Shown: piece by piece, positions 1 through 11,847 of the stretch | Layout: each line of letters opens with the position of its first letter | Numbering within the stretch: the first letter of the stretch is position 1 | Source: Sphyrna mokarran | Lineage: Eukaryota | Length of the DNA stretch: 64,000 nt | NCBI GenBank assembly: GCA_024679065.1 | Contig: JAGIQG010000017.1 | Coordinates: 27,032,001-27,096,000 of the forward strand | Direction of reading: 5' to 3' | Position numbers and translations under genes: made by a program | The notes under the pieces: model-generated | Seen by the model: the letters and a program-made list of their open reading frames with translations, nothing else | Told to the model about the DNA's origin: nothing | The model's database searches: none

Positions 1-149
1 TACCATCTAGTTTCAAAAAAAAGAAGCTTTTGAGAAAGGCTGCACAGAATATTTTGAGTTGGCTTTATTATTCTTGCTGATTGTGGTCAGACTGATTGGG
101 CTCAGGAGGAATCATGCTTTTCTTAGCAATTTTCTTCTTTTAAGGGGAC

Positions 150-315
150 ATTATATTGATGGTACAAAGCACCACCCTGTCTGGCCTCGCGGCTGGGTGT
201 AAAAGATCCTATGGCTTTAATTGATGAAGAACAGGGATTTCTCCCAATGCCTTGGCCAAAATTGTCTAATGCATTTCACTTCAACAACACAAACTACATT
301 ACATAAAGTACTTCA
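150..315 (+). mobile_element. Deu-domain SINE (SacSINE1/AmnSINE1-like), 5' part; continues at 5420-5490
   Basis: gggtgtaaaagatcctatggc...gaagaacaggg...ccttggccaa Deu core. Tail aaagtacttca resumes after the Gypsy element as ctagctgtaaagcattttgggat. Confidence 0.7.
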
Positions 316-545
316 TGTCATGGGTGTTGTAATGACACATGGCTGCATTGGGTAAAGACATTGTGGGCTCGTTTATTAAGAGCAAGCACATGGAGACTTT
401 GTATACATGGATAGAAAGCTCAAGGACATCAGGGCTATGTGTATTTGTATTCTGCTCTACATGAAGTGAAACAGAAGCTGGATCACGTGACACACTTCCA
501 TTAAAATGATGGTGTGTTGCTCTCCCTTAAAGGCATAATGCAACA
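316..545 (-). repeat. 3' LTR of the Gypsy element
   Basis: TG...CA termini; shares blocks such as tatacatggatagaaagct and gaagctggatcac.tgacacacttcc with 5176-5419. Confidence 0.85.
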
Positions 546-1885
546 TTCCCCCCTTTTTTAAAAGAAAAAAGGTGTAGAACTTGCTTGGTCATTCTACATC
601 TGAGAATTACCAATGTCATTGGACCTAGGATAATGAGAAGTAGTGTATTGATGTTCCACTCTTCACACCAGTCTTGAAATGTCTTACCTATACATTTTTT
701 GACGTTGTCAGTAACGATCTCTCTAGGTACACCAAACAATGGCACTTAGAATGTTTGCAACATTTATCTGTGACATATTATGCAATTGTTGAATAAGGTG
801 CTTGGTAAAGTCATTGATCAGATGATGAAGTCAGTGCTATGGTCATGAATGAGATCAGATGTGATTTTGAAACAAGGATGAGTGGGAACTTCATGTAGAA
901 TCAATGGGGCTTTGTGCTGACTTGGCATATGCTCTTGGCTTGCCTTATATTTGTTGATGATTTCAATATCATTGTTCATACTTAGCCAATGGACTGTCTC
1001 TCTTATGAATGAATATCCTTATCTAATCAATGTGAATGATGAAGTTGTTGAAAAATATCAGGTCACAAAGATTCTGGTACGATGATTTGTCTGCCTTTAA
1101 AAATTATTCCTCTGAAGATGCCTAGCTTATCAAGTAAAGCCAAAACACCAAAACAAAGCACTAGGCTGTGCTTTGATGTTTTTCCAGAGGTTCTATGCAG
1201 AATATTTCACTTTTTCTTCTTGTTTCTTCTTTCTTCTGGTGTTTGCATTGTGCAAAATGTACCAGATCAATTAACATACTTGCACTGTCCTGGAAGTGTA
1301 ACATTCCATCTCCCATGAAACTACCAATTCTGTTGAAACATTCTCGATATTTTGATATTGTGATGTGCACTGCACATAATACTCTAGCCATGGCCCCACC
1401 AATACGTATGCAATTGCAGTGAAACATCCCTGTTCCTATACTCAAATCCTCTTGCTATGAAGGCCAACATACCATTTCCCCTCATACCTGTGCACTTGCT
1501 TTCAGCGACTGATGCACAGTTTGGACTGTTTACTTTTAAAATAAGTATCTCAGAAAGTAGCCTACCTTTATATTTTCTTGCATATCACTTCACAGAATCA
1601 AACAGCCTTGAAGGCTACTTGGTCTATCATATCTTTGCTGTCATAGTAATAGACTGTTCAATTTGCCCTACTCCAAATATCTTTCCATTCAGTCTTGTAA
1701 ATCTTCCCTTTTCAGGTATTTACTTAATTCTCTTTTGAAAGCTTTATTCAATATGCTTTTACCAACCCTTTGATAATGTTTGCAGATCATATTGCCCTTT
1801 CACAAGAACCATCCCAGTTTCTCTATTCTCTCCACATAACTGAAGGCTCCCCGCGCCCCAATGCATTCTACTAAATCTCTGATTT

Positions 1886-2199
1886 AAGAGCAAGAGCAAC
1901 ACAGCACGGGAAACAGGCCCTTCGGCCCAACGAGCCCGCTCCGCCGTCATAACTATATAGTAGCAATTCCATTATCCTATTATAGATTTAGGTTATTCCT
2001 AATATGGAAGACTCTCACTATAGGGACAATTTGTTTCTCAATCAGCCTAAGAGCGAATTTTTGGGTTGTGGGAGGAAACCGGAGTGCCCGGAGAAAACCC
2101 ACACAACCACGGGGAGAACGCGCAAACTCCCGCAGACACCGGCCCAATTCCAAGTGTCTGCACAGCTACAGCGATAGTCACTGAGCTGTCATGGTGCCC
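1886..2199 (-). mobile_element. V-domain (HE1-related) SINE variant nested in the Gypsy element
   Basis: gggaggaaaccggagtgcccggagaaaacccac...cacggggagaacg V-core, plus CR1-type tail acaggcccttcggccc. Confidence 0.8.
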
Positions 2200-2339
2200 T
2201 TCAGATGGTCCAGATAAAGCACTCATTTACGACATGAAGTACCAGGCAACCCATGAATCAACATCCAAGAGCTGTACTCGCACCACCTGCCGAATGCATG
2301 CTCAATGTTGGTCAAGTATGGACCTAATTACCTGTGGAA

Positions 2340-3440
2340 AAAAAGCCGTAGTTAAACAGTCCTACTATATCCCTCTATCTGCATACCGCTCATGTGGCTG
2401 TCCAAGAGACCCTTAAACAGCCCCAACGTGCCTGCTCCCACCACCTTACTCGGCAGTGCATTCCACACCCCCACTACCCTTTGTGTGAAAAACTGCCCTC
2501 TAATATTCGTCTTATACATAGCCCCCCTCACCCTAAGGCCATGACCCCTCTTCCTATCCATTTCTGAAGGTGGAAAAAGTTTACCACCATTTACTCTATC
2601 TATACCCCTTGTAATCTTATACACCTCTATTAGATCCCCTCTAAGCCGACGTCTTTCAAGGGAAAACAACCCCAGTCTATTTAATCGTTCCTCATATGAC
2701 AGTCCTTCCATACCAGGCAGCATCCTGGTAAACCTCCTCTGCACTCTCTCCAAGGACTCCACATCCTTCCGATAGTACGGCGACCAGAACTGGACGCAGT
2801 ATTCCAAGTGAGGCCTAACCAACGTTTCTATACAACTGCAACATCAAACTCCTACTCTTGTATTCTATACCCTTTTCTATGAAAGCTAACATACTATACG
2901 CCTTCTTTATCACCTTCTCCACCTGTGAGGACACCTTCAGAGACTTGTGAACCTGCACCCCCAAGTCTCTCTGCGTCTCTATGCTCCGTATAGTTTTACC
3001 TTTTATCCTATAACTCTCTTCTACATTTTTCCGGCCAAAATGCATCACCTCGCATTTATCCGGATTAAATTCCATTTGCCATCTATCTGCCCAGTCTACC
3101 AACCTATCTATGTCCTGTTGTATTGCCTGGCACTGCTCCTCTGTACCCGCCAATCCAAGCATCTTAGTGTCATCAGCAAATTTGCTGATCTCACCACCTA
3201 CCCCAACTTCCAAGTCGTTTATGTAGACCCCAAATAGAAGAGGACCTAGTACTGAGCCTTGTGGCACTCCACTAGTGACAGGCTTCCAGCCGGAAAAAAA
3301 GCCTTCCACTACTACCCTCTGTCTCCTCCTCCCAAGCCAGTTCTCGACCCATCTACATACCCGGCCCTGTATCCCATGCGCCTTCACCTTCTCTATCAGT
3401 CTACCATGAGGAACCTTGTCAAACGCCTTACTGAAATATA
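2340..3440 (-). mobile_element. CR1 LINE 3' fragment (reverse transcriptase), one frameshift
   Basis: ORFs 2815..3387 (SGVPQGSVLGPLLF, KFADDTK) and 2352..2822 (VRPHLEYCVQFWSP, SLERRRLRGDLIEVYK). Confidence 0.95.
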
Positions 3441-5175
3441 CCTTCCTTCAGGTCTGGGCATGCTTCCTAAAATATGGTGCCAAGAGATGGACATATTCCA
3501 GTTAAACTCTAACTAGTGTTTTAAAGGTTTCTGATGTTGATCAGATGCATGTCATCAGTGCAATTTCACCGTGTGCCAAAACAATTAAGATTATCAGGCC
3601 TTTAGTCTCCATAATGTAGAACATCTATGGCACCCAGAAGGATTGATTGCACTTAGACTCCAGGACTATGGATCTTGCATATGGAATTAGTGAACTGTTG
3701 TACACTGAAAGTTGTACGGTAGTAGATTTTACTGTGAGCTTCTATGTCTATGAGTACATGTCTGACAATTCACAGAGGCAGCATGTTGACACCGCCCCCC
3801 TCTTATTCTCCAATAAGGAAAAGTTACCAACTTTCTTCGGACAGATAATTTGAATCTTGGCAAACACAAATGGTGGCAACATCTGTGTTTTCCATGACAT
3901 TGACAATGTAAAATATATTCACTGCTCATTGTTTCTTTGTGCACATTGCTGTCATTTTTTGGTTTGTCAATTGCTTCACCTAATGGGATAATGGATGGTC
4001 ATTCTTATTGCTTGAAAGTACCTGTTGTGTTTGATTGCTGTGGATCAGTGTACAACTTTTTGTAGCTACATAAGCCTTCTCTCTAATGCACTGCCAATGG
4101 CCCTTTCTGCCACATGCCTTTCAGAATTGCTTGGTGTTTCCTTGTTGCATGCAGAAGGCTACACCATCAACATTTCTGCTGGGTTTAGCTGTTCTAATAA
4201 GTGTGCCAACAACTGAGGTTGTATTTAAGACTTGCGGGGATTGCATCATAGTTTTTGAATAATTCTTCAATGCTTTGGGCTTTTGGAACAGATCTTTGTG
4301 GAATGCTTCCATGGGAGTAGATGTTACCGTTGCTTAACAATTCTGTCATCTATCCCTGCATTTGAAAAATCACTGTACATACGCTTTACTGTATATCTGC
4401 TGACAAAGTGGTCTGTGGATTCTGTAGACTTTTGTTGAAATGACATGAGCTCTAGTCAATAAATATAGAAATGGATCACTTGATTCTGAATTGGTTTTTC
4501 AATGTAGTCTATTTTTAATGGCGAATCTTTAATTCTTTTGCCGACGTGTTCAATTTGTGTGGACCTTCCTTTCTAGGTGAATTATTATGACTTGTTTTTC
4601 TGATTCGGGATACTTTTCAGTGTTTAAACATTTTGAATTTGGATATTGGGTCACATCAGGTCCAATTTCAAATTGGGGAACTTTGTGAACATTTTGACAA
4701 TGTCCCTTTGAGCTACCTTCTCCTTTAGTACCTGGGATGAATGCATAACCATTTTCATGTGCTGATTATTTTAAACACAACCATCTCTGACCTGATTTTG
4801 TTTTTATGTTTGACTCCCCCTCACTTGCTACGAAGCCGGCCCATCTCTTTGCCATTCGCTTTTCCTGTCTAAGTTAATCCAGTGCTGTGCCTCTCGATGT
4901 GCCAGCCCACTTACCATGAGGGATTTGACTGCTGACCAGCCCTTTATTTGAGCACTATCCAAAGCTGTGTCTTCAAAAGCCTTTCTGTGCAGTCACCACA
5001 CTGCGGATTCAACACTTTCTCACACTGCAGTTTCATTACCACCTGACCAAAACATCGTGAGTCCATCCCATGCCTGACAGTATGATGTAAAACTGTTCAC
5101 TGTGTTGTACCTGTAATGAATCTTGCTGTCAGACTTAGCAATATGTTGTTTAGAAGGTACCACTACTACACACTA

Positions 5176-5419
5176 TGTCGCATGTGTTATAACGTTATAA
5201 AGGCCTCAATCACTCATAATGGATTGTGGAAACATATTGTAGGTTTATTTATTAAGAACAGGCACATTGAATGTATATACATGGATAGAAAGCTTGAGGA
5301 TATCAGAGCTGCATGTGCTGTATTCTGCTCAAGGCCAAAGTGAAACTGAAGCTGGATCACATGACACACTTCCCTTAAAGTGATGGTGTGCTGCTAACTC
5401 TTAAAGGTACATTACACTA
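5176..5419 (-). repeat. 5' LTR of the Gypsy element
   Basis: Diverged direct repeat of 316-545, followed by the TSD CTTCA. Confidence 0.85.
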
Positions 5420-5658
5420 CTTCACTAGCTGTAAAGCATTTTGGGATCTCCTGACATTTTGCAGGGTATTATATAAAGATCTTTCCTCTGCCCTTATGTC
5501 TTTCTGCCATGTTTTCCCTCCCAGTCTGGAGTGTTTCTTGATATCCCCTTGACACCGTAAAATAATGATGTAGAGATGCCAGCGTTGGACTGGGATAAAC
5601 TCAGTAAGAGTCTGGCAACACCAATTTTAAATCCAACTGATTTATTTCATAGTAAACC

Positions 5659-5692
5659 TGCTAGCTTTTGGCGTTTGTGCCTTCGTCAAGTG
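5659..5692 (-). ncRNA. Mutated copy of the hammerhead motif
   Basis: Reverse complement reads CAC-TTGACGA-AGGCACAAACGCC-AAAA-GCTA; both catalytic boxes are substituted. Confidence 0.55.
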
Positions 5693-7013
5693 AATGAGGT
5701 GTTCTGGTCCCCAAAAGGACACATATCAGCACAGACAGTTTATAGATTGCTGATTAGAATGCAAATCCTTACACCTAACCTGCTATTCAAGTCTTAAAGT
5801 GGCTAACAATGTGAGTGGAAGGAACACTGAGTACTGAGGTTAGAGAGATGTGTATTGTCTCCAGACAGCACAGTAAGTGAGGTTTTTTGCTAACCCAGGC
5901 CAGTCATGGGGGTTATAGATAGTGTGACATGAAACCAAGATCCCTGTTAAGACCGTCCTCATGTGTACGGAACTTGGCTATCAGTCTCTGCTTAGCGGCT
6001 CTGCGCTGTTGTGTGTCATGAAGACCCCCTTGAAATACGTTTACCCGAAGGTCGGAGGCTGAATGCCCGTGACTGCTGAAGTGTTCACCCACAGGATGGG
6101 AACTGTTTTGCCTGGTGATTGTCGAGCGATGTTCATTCATCCGCTGTTGTAGTGTTTGCATGGTCTCCCCAATGTACCATGCTTCAGGACATCCTTTCTT
6201 GCAACGTATTAGGTAGACAACGTTGGCCGAGTTGCAAGAGTATGTACCGTGTACCTGGTGAATGGTATTCTCATGTTTGATGATGTCATCCATGTCGATG
6301 ATCCAGCATGTCTTGCAGAGGTTGCTGTGGCAGGGTTGTGTGGTACTGTGGTCACTGTTCTCCTGAAGGCTGGGTAGTTTGCTGCGAACAATGATCTGTT
6401 TGAGGTTGTGCGGTTATCTGAAGGCAAGAAGTGGGTGGGTGGTGATGGCCCTAGCGAGATGTTCATCATCATCAATGATATGTTGAAGACTCCGGAGGAG
6501 ATGTTGTAGCTTCTCCGCTCGAAGCATGGTACGTTGGGGAGACTATGCAGACACTACGACAGCGGATGAATGAACATCGCTTGACAATCACCAGGCAAAA
6601 CAGTTCCCTTCCTGCAGGCAAACACTTCAGCGGTCACGGGCATTCGGCCTCCGACCTTTGGGTAAATGTTCTTCAAGGGGTTCTTCATGACACACGACAG
6701 CGCAGAGCCACTAAGCAGAGACTGATAGCCAAGTTCCGCACACATGAAGAAGGCCTTAACAGGGATCTTGGCTTCATGTCACACTATCTGTAACCCCCAT
6801 GACTTGCCTGGATTAGCAAAAAACTTCACTTACTGTGCTGTCTGGAGACAATACATATCTCTCTAACCTCAGTGCTCAGTGATCCTTCCACTCACATTGT
6901 TAGCCACTTTAAGACTTGAATAGCAGGTTAGGTGTAAGGATTCGCATTCTAATCAGCAATCTGTAAACTGTCTGTGATTTTATGTGTGCTTTTGGAGACC
7001 AGAACACCTCGTT

Positions 7014-7047
7014 CACCTGACGAAGGCACAAACGCCGAAAGCTACAA
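7014..7047 (+). ncRNA. Minimal type-I hammerhead ribozyme motif in the Penelope pLTR
   Basis: CAC-CTGACGA-AGGC acaaac GCC-GAAA-GCTA: CUGANGA and GAAA cores, stem II GGC/GCC, short palindromic stem III (AGCU), UH site. Stem I pairing is poor in this copy. Confidence 0.65.
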
Positions 7048-8135
7048 GGTTTATCAAATAAATTGGTTGGATTTAAAATTGGTATTGCCAGACTCTTACT
7101 GACCATAAAATAAGTCAGGTGACCTTAGTGGCCTTATTTTCCAGCCTTTTTGTCCAGTTTTTACAAATACATTATTAGAATATTAAGAATGTGACATGTT
7201 AATACGGGGTAAGATGATTTGTTTAAAAATTGTTGAGACCAGTTGCTTTATCTAGAGTTGCCAAAATGCAAAACATTGGAATAGAGTGACCAAGAACATT
7301 GTTTATTGACACTGGTATCTGCAAAATTGGACATTATCGTTCTGTGTGTGGTGATCCTGGTTCAGCCAGCTCTGGCATAAGAATTGGATAGCACCAAATT
7401 AGTGAGCAAGCCTAACAAATTGAGTTTTTCTCTTTGTCCTCATTAGGATAGGATATGGGAACTGTGGCAACCAGTTGATGCCCTAGCGACACCTGATGGC
7501 CCCAAATGAGTTTGAGGCTGCAGTGAGGAGGGGTTTGAGGAGGTGGAAATGGCAGTGATACTGACATATCGACTTTATTTATATTCTAACATTGCTGCTG
7601 ATAATGGCTTGGGAAGTTCTTGTCAAACAGGGCTGAAAGGTAAAAGGACCACTGGTGTCCATGATCTCTGGGTTCCCTCACTGAACCTGCCTTTTTTTAA
7701 TTAAAGGGAAAATGAATAAGTTCTTGTGGATTTTATGCTTGAAAAGGAGATTCATGACAAGGCTCCATGTTGGATATTGTTACTCCAAGTCACAATTAAA
7801 ATGGAGATGGGCAGCCCCCAGAACTTGGGGAAGCATTGCATTTTCAATGGCTTTGCAGAGACAGCTGGGACCTGAATCAGTCCCTGTCTGTGTACAAGAA
7901 AACACAAAAGGTCACCTGACTTCCCTGGAGTCCATCTTGTCAGCATAGGTTGCCCGTGTTCCTTGCTCCCCACCTTGCCATTTCAGTTGAAGTGATTCCA
8001 AGATAGCAATAGCTGACAAACATGCCAGCCTCATAGAGATGCAAATAAAGACATATGGAGATTATTCATGAATGGAAAGTTAACTTGTGTGGTAATAGGG
8101 TACCATTACTATCGTTACATAACAGTTTATCGCAA

Positions 8136-8437
8136 GAATCATGGAATAGAATCCTCACAGTGCACAAGGCTAGTCAGCCTATCAAGCCTGCACTAACAAC
8201 AAACCCACCCAGGTCCGACATAATCCGACATATTTACTCTCAGTCCCCTTAACACTAAAGGACAATTTAACCCAATCACTTTTGGAGTGTGAGATGAAAT
8301 CGAAGCATCCTGTGGAAACCCATGCAGACACGGGGAGAACGTGTAAGTTCCACATAGTCACCCAAGATTAGAATTGAACACCAGTCCCTGGCACTGTGAG
8401 GCAACAGTGCTAACCACAGTATACCATGGTGCTGCCC
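8136..8437 (-). mobile_element. HE1-type V-SINE
   Basis: tRNA-like head (ccctggcactgtgaggcaacagtgctaaccac), V core and CR1-like tail. Confidence 0.88.
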
Positions 8438-8738
8438 AAGAAAACCCATGAACTGAGATCTTGGCAAAAACTTTCAACCTTAATGGTCTTCACTGATTTT
8501 AAAATTTTAAATGTCCATTATCTTTTAGGGTCTCAGGCATATTATATAGATAGACGTCTAGCTGGAGAACAGAGGTGAAATGGAGGTAGATTGCATGGCG
8601 GACTGTATCAGACACAGTTGGGAAAACAAGGAAGACAAGGAGAGATAATGTGTTACTATCACAATCACAGGAAATGTCATTCATGATTTTAGTTACGCCG
8701 ACTTTAGAATTTTGTGCAGAATGGAAGCTGGACTGAAA

Positions 8739-9008
8739 CAGCACAGCGGCACAGTGGTTAGCACTGCTGCCTCACAGTGCCAGGGACCCAGATTCAATTC
8801 CAGCCTTGGCTGTCTGTGTGGAGTTTTTAGATTCTCCCCATGTCTGCGTGGGTTTCCTTTGGCTGCTCAAGTTTCTTCCCTGGTCCAAAGAATCTGTGGA
8901 TTGGCCATAAAAACTTGCCCCTTAATGTAAAGTGAACTGACAGGGTGTGATTTTGTCGGCGCAGTTTCAATGAGCTGATGGACGACTTTTGCATTGTAAG
9001 AATTCTGT
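8739..9008 (+). mobile_element. HE1-type V-SINE
   Basis: ggcacagtggttagcactgctgcctcacagtgccagggaccc head with A/B boxes and V core. Confidence 0.88.
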
Positions 9009-9689
9009 GAAAGGATAGGATTATAGGTTGATGGGAGTGGAGTTAGAAGCAGATAAGCAATATCAGGAACATGAATAGAAAAGGCAAGTTAGCGGTGGGT
9101 TAGCTACTGCAGAAGAGAGGAAGATGACGGCTGTTTGTAAAGGGAGGGAGTTGCCTGAAGACAGGGAGCCATTTGCAATGCGAGCAAGTATGAAGGTGAG
9201 GCATTGCAGTTGAATGAATGCTAATTAAATGAGGATGGGGATCCAGGGAATGAAAAGTGGATGTGTTTTTGGATGGGAAAAATGGGATGAACAGTTCAAA
9301 GTGATAGGATTGGAGTTAGGATGAGTTGATAGAAAAGGAATGTAGTCATTAAAACAACTATAGTCCCAGTCTTAAAAATACATGCAAGTGTTGTACCTAA
9401 TGTTGGAGGTGAACAGGGAGCAGTTGAGTAAAGGGGTTTAAAGAGATGGTTTATTGTGTAGACAAACAGATTTTAAATGTCCTAGCCTTCTGGAATAATG
9501 GTGAGAAATTGAATAGAGAATGAATTTGCTCATCCTTAATTCCGGAAATACTACTAGATAATATTCAGTTTTAAGATTGCCCCATGCCAATATCCATACC
9601 ACTTGCAACAGAATCAGATAATTTGCTCTAATTGGTCTGTGCTGGTGGTGATGCTCCACATCAGCCTCCTCCTACCTTGCTTCATCTTG

Positions 9690-10740
9690 CCCTATCAACA
9701 GAGCTTTCTATTTCTTTCTCCCTCAAGTACTTGCTGCTTTTCCCTGAAATATGCTATTCATCTCAATCACTCCATGCACTTGCTGGTTTGACATTCTTGC
9801 CACTCACTGAGTAAAGAGTTTTCTTCTGAATCCCTCACTGGATATATAAGTGATTGTCTTCTTTTGAGACCTGTAGATCTCAACTGCTCCATAAGTGGAA
9901 ACAATTTATCTGCATCTCGCTTATTCAACCTCTTTACATAATTGTAAGGACCTCTACCAGATAACTTCCTAGCCTTCTCTTTTTTGTAAGAGAATGGTGC
10001 CCCAGCCTGTTTAGTAATTTCTGATCAGTGTGCTCTCACAGTTCTGTTATCATCTTTGTAAATACATTTCTTTATCTTTTTCCAGTACCTCTGTAGCCTT
10101 TTTTTTATTATGGAGACCAGAATTGTGTGCAGTACTCCAAGTGTGGTTTATTCAAATTCTGTGCAAATTCAACATAACTTCAATGCTTTTGAATTCTGTT
10201 CCTTGAGGAATGAACCTCAACTGTTTACGTAGTTTATAGTTTTGATAACCTACTACATTTAATTTATCCCTTTGCACCTCTACCCCTATTGAGACTTAGT
10301 TTCCAAGGGATTCCTCCCTCGAAAATGTGCAACCTCACCCATGTATATTGAAATAAATTTTCCATCTGTACCCACTCACTCTGCAAACTTATTAATGTCC
10401 TCTTGTAGTTTGCCATTTTTTTGCCCAGTGTTAAATGTGATGTCCAATTTGGTGCCACTGGAAATTTTGTGTCTGAGCTTCTAACTCCTCAATTTAAAAT
10501 CCTTTATTTAAAAGATAAAATATTATGGTCCAGAGCCAATTTCTGTGGAACACTTTTTGTCCCACCTGTGTATTTACCTTTCATCCCCAGTGTCTCTGTT
10601 GGTAGCCAGTTTGCCAAAAATTCTTCTACTTGTCTGACCCCCGATTCTGCATGCATTCCTTAATCACCTTTGACCTTAATGAGTCCAGTACATGGTACCT
10701 TACTAAAGGCCTTCTGTAAGTTTATGTATATTAATGAGGC
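9690..10740 (-). mobile_element. Old, highly decayed CR1 LINE 3' fragment
   Basis: ggagaccagaattgtgtgcagtactccaagtgtggt (reverse of PHLEYC.QFWSP); broken RT peptides. Confidence 0.65.
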
Positions 10741-11236
10741 ATTATATTACATGACATGCTCTTCAAATTCGAGCAGCAAAATTTACATCAATTCTCCAGT
10801 GCAATGTAATTAAAACATTTCCCTTACTCTGCTTCTGTTCAGTGAATGGTAGTTGATAATTCAGTCTAATTTGTTTATCCACAATTATTCTGAGCAGAGG
10901 TCAAATGATAAAAAGCCAATGGCTGCAGGTCCAAGATTGCTGTGAAATTTTATTCTGCTGGGAGGGGGATAATATGATTATATTGCTTCCACTTTTGTCA
11001 ATATGTAAAAAGAAAATCACAAATTTACAGGGGAAAACTGAACATTATACAAGAATATCTGATCACAAATGTGGGAGCACAAACTCTCTGGTCACTCGGA
11101 TTTGACTTGGCTCGCGATCAAATGTTAGGATCCCTAAACTGTGCATGGATGATGAAGACAGTAAAATTCTTACCTCTACATTTGGCCAAAATGTAATATA
11201 TATCATAACCACATTCAAGAGTTTGCATTTTAGACT

Positions 11237-11300
11237 GCTATTTAGCTATTTAGCAGCTAAATATAGCTATTTAGCAGCTAAATATAGCTATTTAGCTGCT
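11237..11300. repeat. 21-bp quasi-palindromic tandem repeat with two CTAAATATAG (MEF2-consensus) motifs
   Basis: gctatttagcagctaaatata x2 plus partial units; motifs at 11257-11266 and 11278-11287. Confidence 0.85.
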
Positions 11301-11306
11301 ATTAAG

Positions 11307-11695
11307 GGGAGCTGATGGTGCAATGGTATTGTCACTGGGCTAGTAATCCAGTGACCTCGGTTAATGCCTGGGGACCTGAGTTCAAAACCTACCAGATGGT
11401 GCAATTGGAATTCAATGTAGGAAGAAAAAATTGGAATTAAAAATCCACTGCTGACCATAAAACCATTGTTGATCATCGTTAAAAACCTTTCTGGTTTACT
11501 AATATCTTTCCCGTTAAGGAATTCTGCCATCCTTACTGAGTCTGGTCGACATGTGACTCCAGACCCACAGCAATGTGGTTGACTCCTAAATGCCCTCTGA
11601 ATTGGCTGAGCAAGCCCCTCATTTCAAGGATAATTGGGGATGGCCAATGTTGGCCCAGTCAATGACGCACACATCCCATGAACAAATTAAAAAGA
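11307..11695 (+). mobile_element. tRNA-derived SINE, second family (tail ...cacatcccatgaa)
   Basis: Homologous to 19875-20225(-), 24660-25225(-), 37835-38186(+) and 13600-13790(-); shared core atgtgactccagacccacagcaatgtggttgactc. Confidence 0.8.
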
Positions 11696-11847
11696 AACAG
11701 TTGGTAGTCTACTATCCAGATTGCTAGTTTAACTAACATATTTCTTCCTGTGATATTTTCAATTGTGTGCAATCATTGTAATTTTAACCCAACTCTGATG
11801 CCCTGCATATTTGACATTAGTAGACATTGGTATTGCAGCATACCAAT

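Larger units (their letters stand above)
316..5419 (-). mobile_element. Decayed Gypsy/Ty3 LTR retrotransposon
   Basis: Direct repeats at 316-545 and 5176-5419, both starting TGTC; 5-bp TSD CTTCA (311-315 and 5420-5424). Minus-strand polypurine tract at 546-570. Integrase remnant FGVPREIVTDN (527..745) and gag zinc-knuckle remnant *KACGRKGHW near 4095-4125. Confidence 0.85.
5566..7101. mobile_element. Penelope-like retroelement, head-to-head inverted insertion (GIY-YIG endonuclease plus pLTR on both strands)
   Basis: GIY-YIG peptide VVYLIRCKKGCPEAWYIGET..LQQRMNEH (5913..6293 -) with an inverted copy (6545..6793 +). Arms 5601-6185 and 6521-7102. Flanked by accgtaaaataa / accataaaataa. Confidence 0.92.

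Noticed and set aside
2352-3387. Reverse transcriptase ORFs as a retron, DGR or other novel RT system
   Set aside because: Typical 5'-truncated vertebrate CR1 ORF2 with a frameshift; many paralogous decayed copies in the window.
5150-5175. Primer-binding site of the Gypsy element
   Set aside because: Minus strand tagtgtgtagtagtgg only loosely resembles a TGGTGTCAGAAGTGG-type site; too decayed to call.
5913-6793. GIY-YIG ORFs as a domesticated nuclease or a two-gene system
   Set aside because: Truncated, frameshifted upstream and embedded in pLTR sequence; fully explained by a Penelope insertion.
8739-8810. tRNA genes at SINE heads
   Set aside because: A/B-box tRNA-like heads continue into V-SINE bodies; no intact cloverleaf.
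11237-11300. CRISPR-like palindromic repeats
   Set aside because: No unique spacers, only two full units, eukaryotic context and no cas genes.
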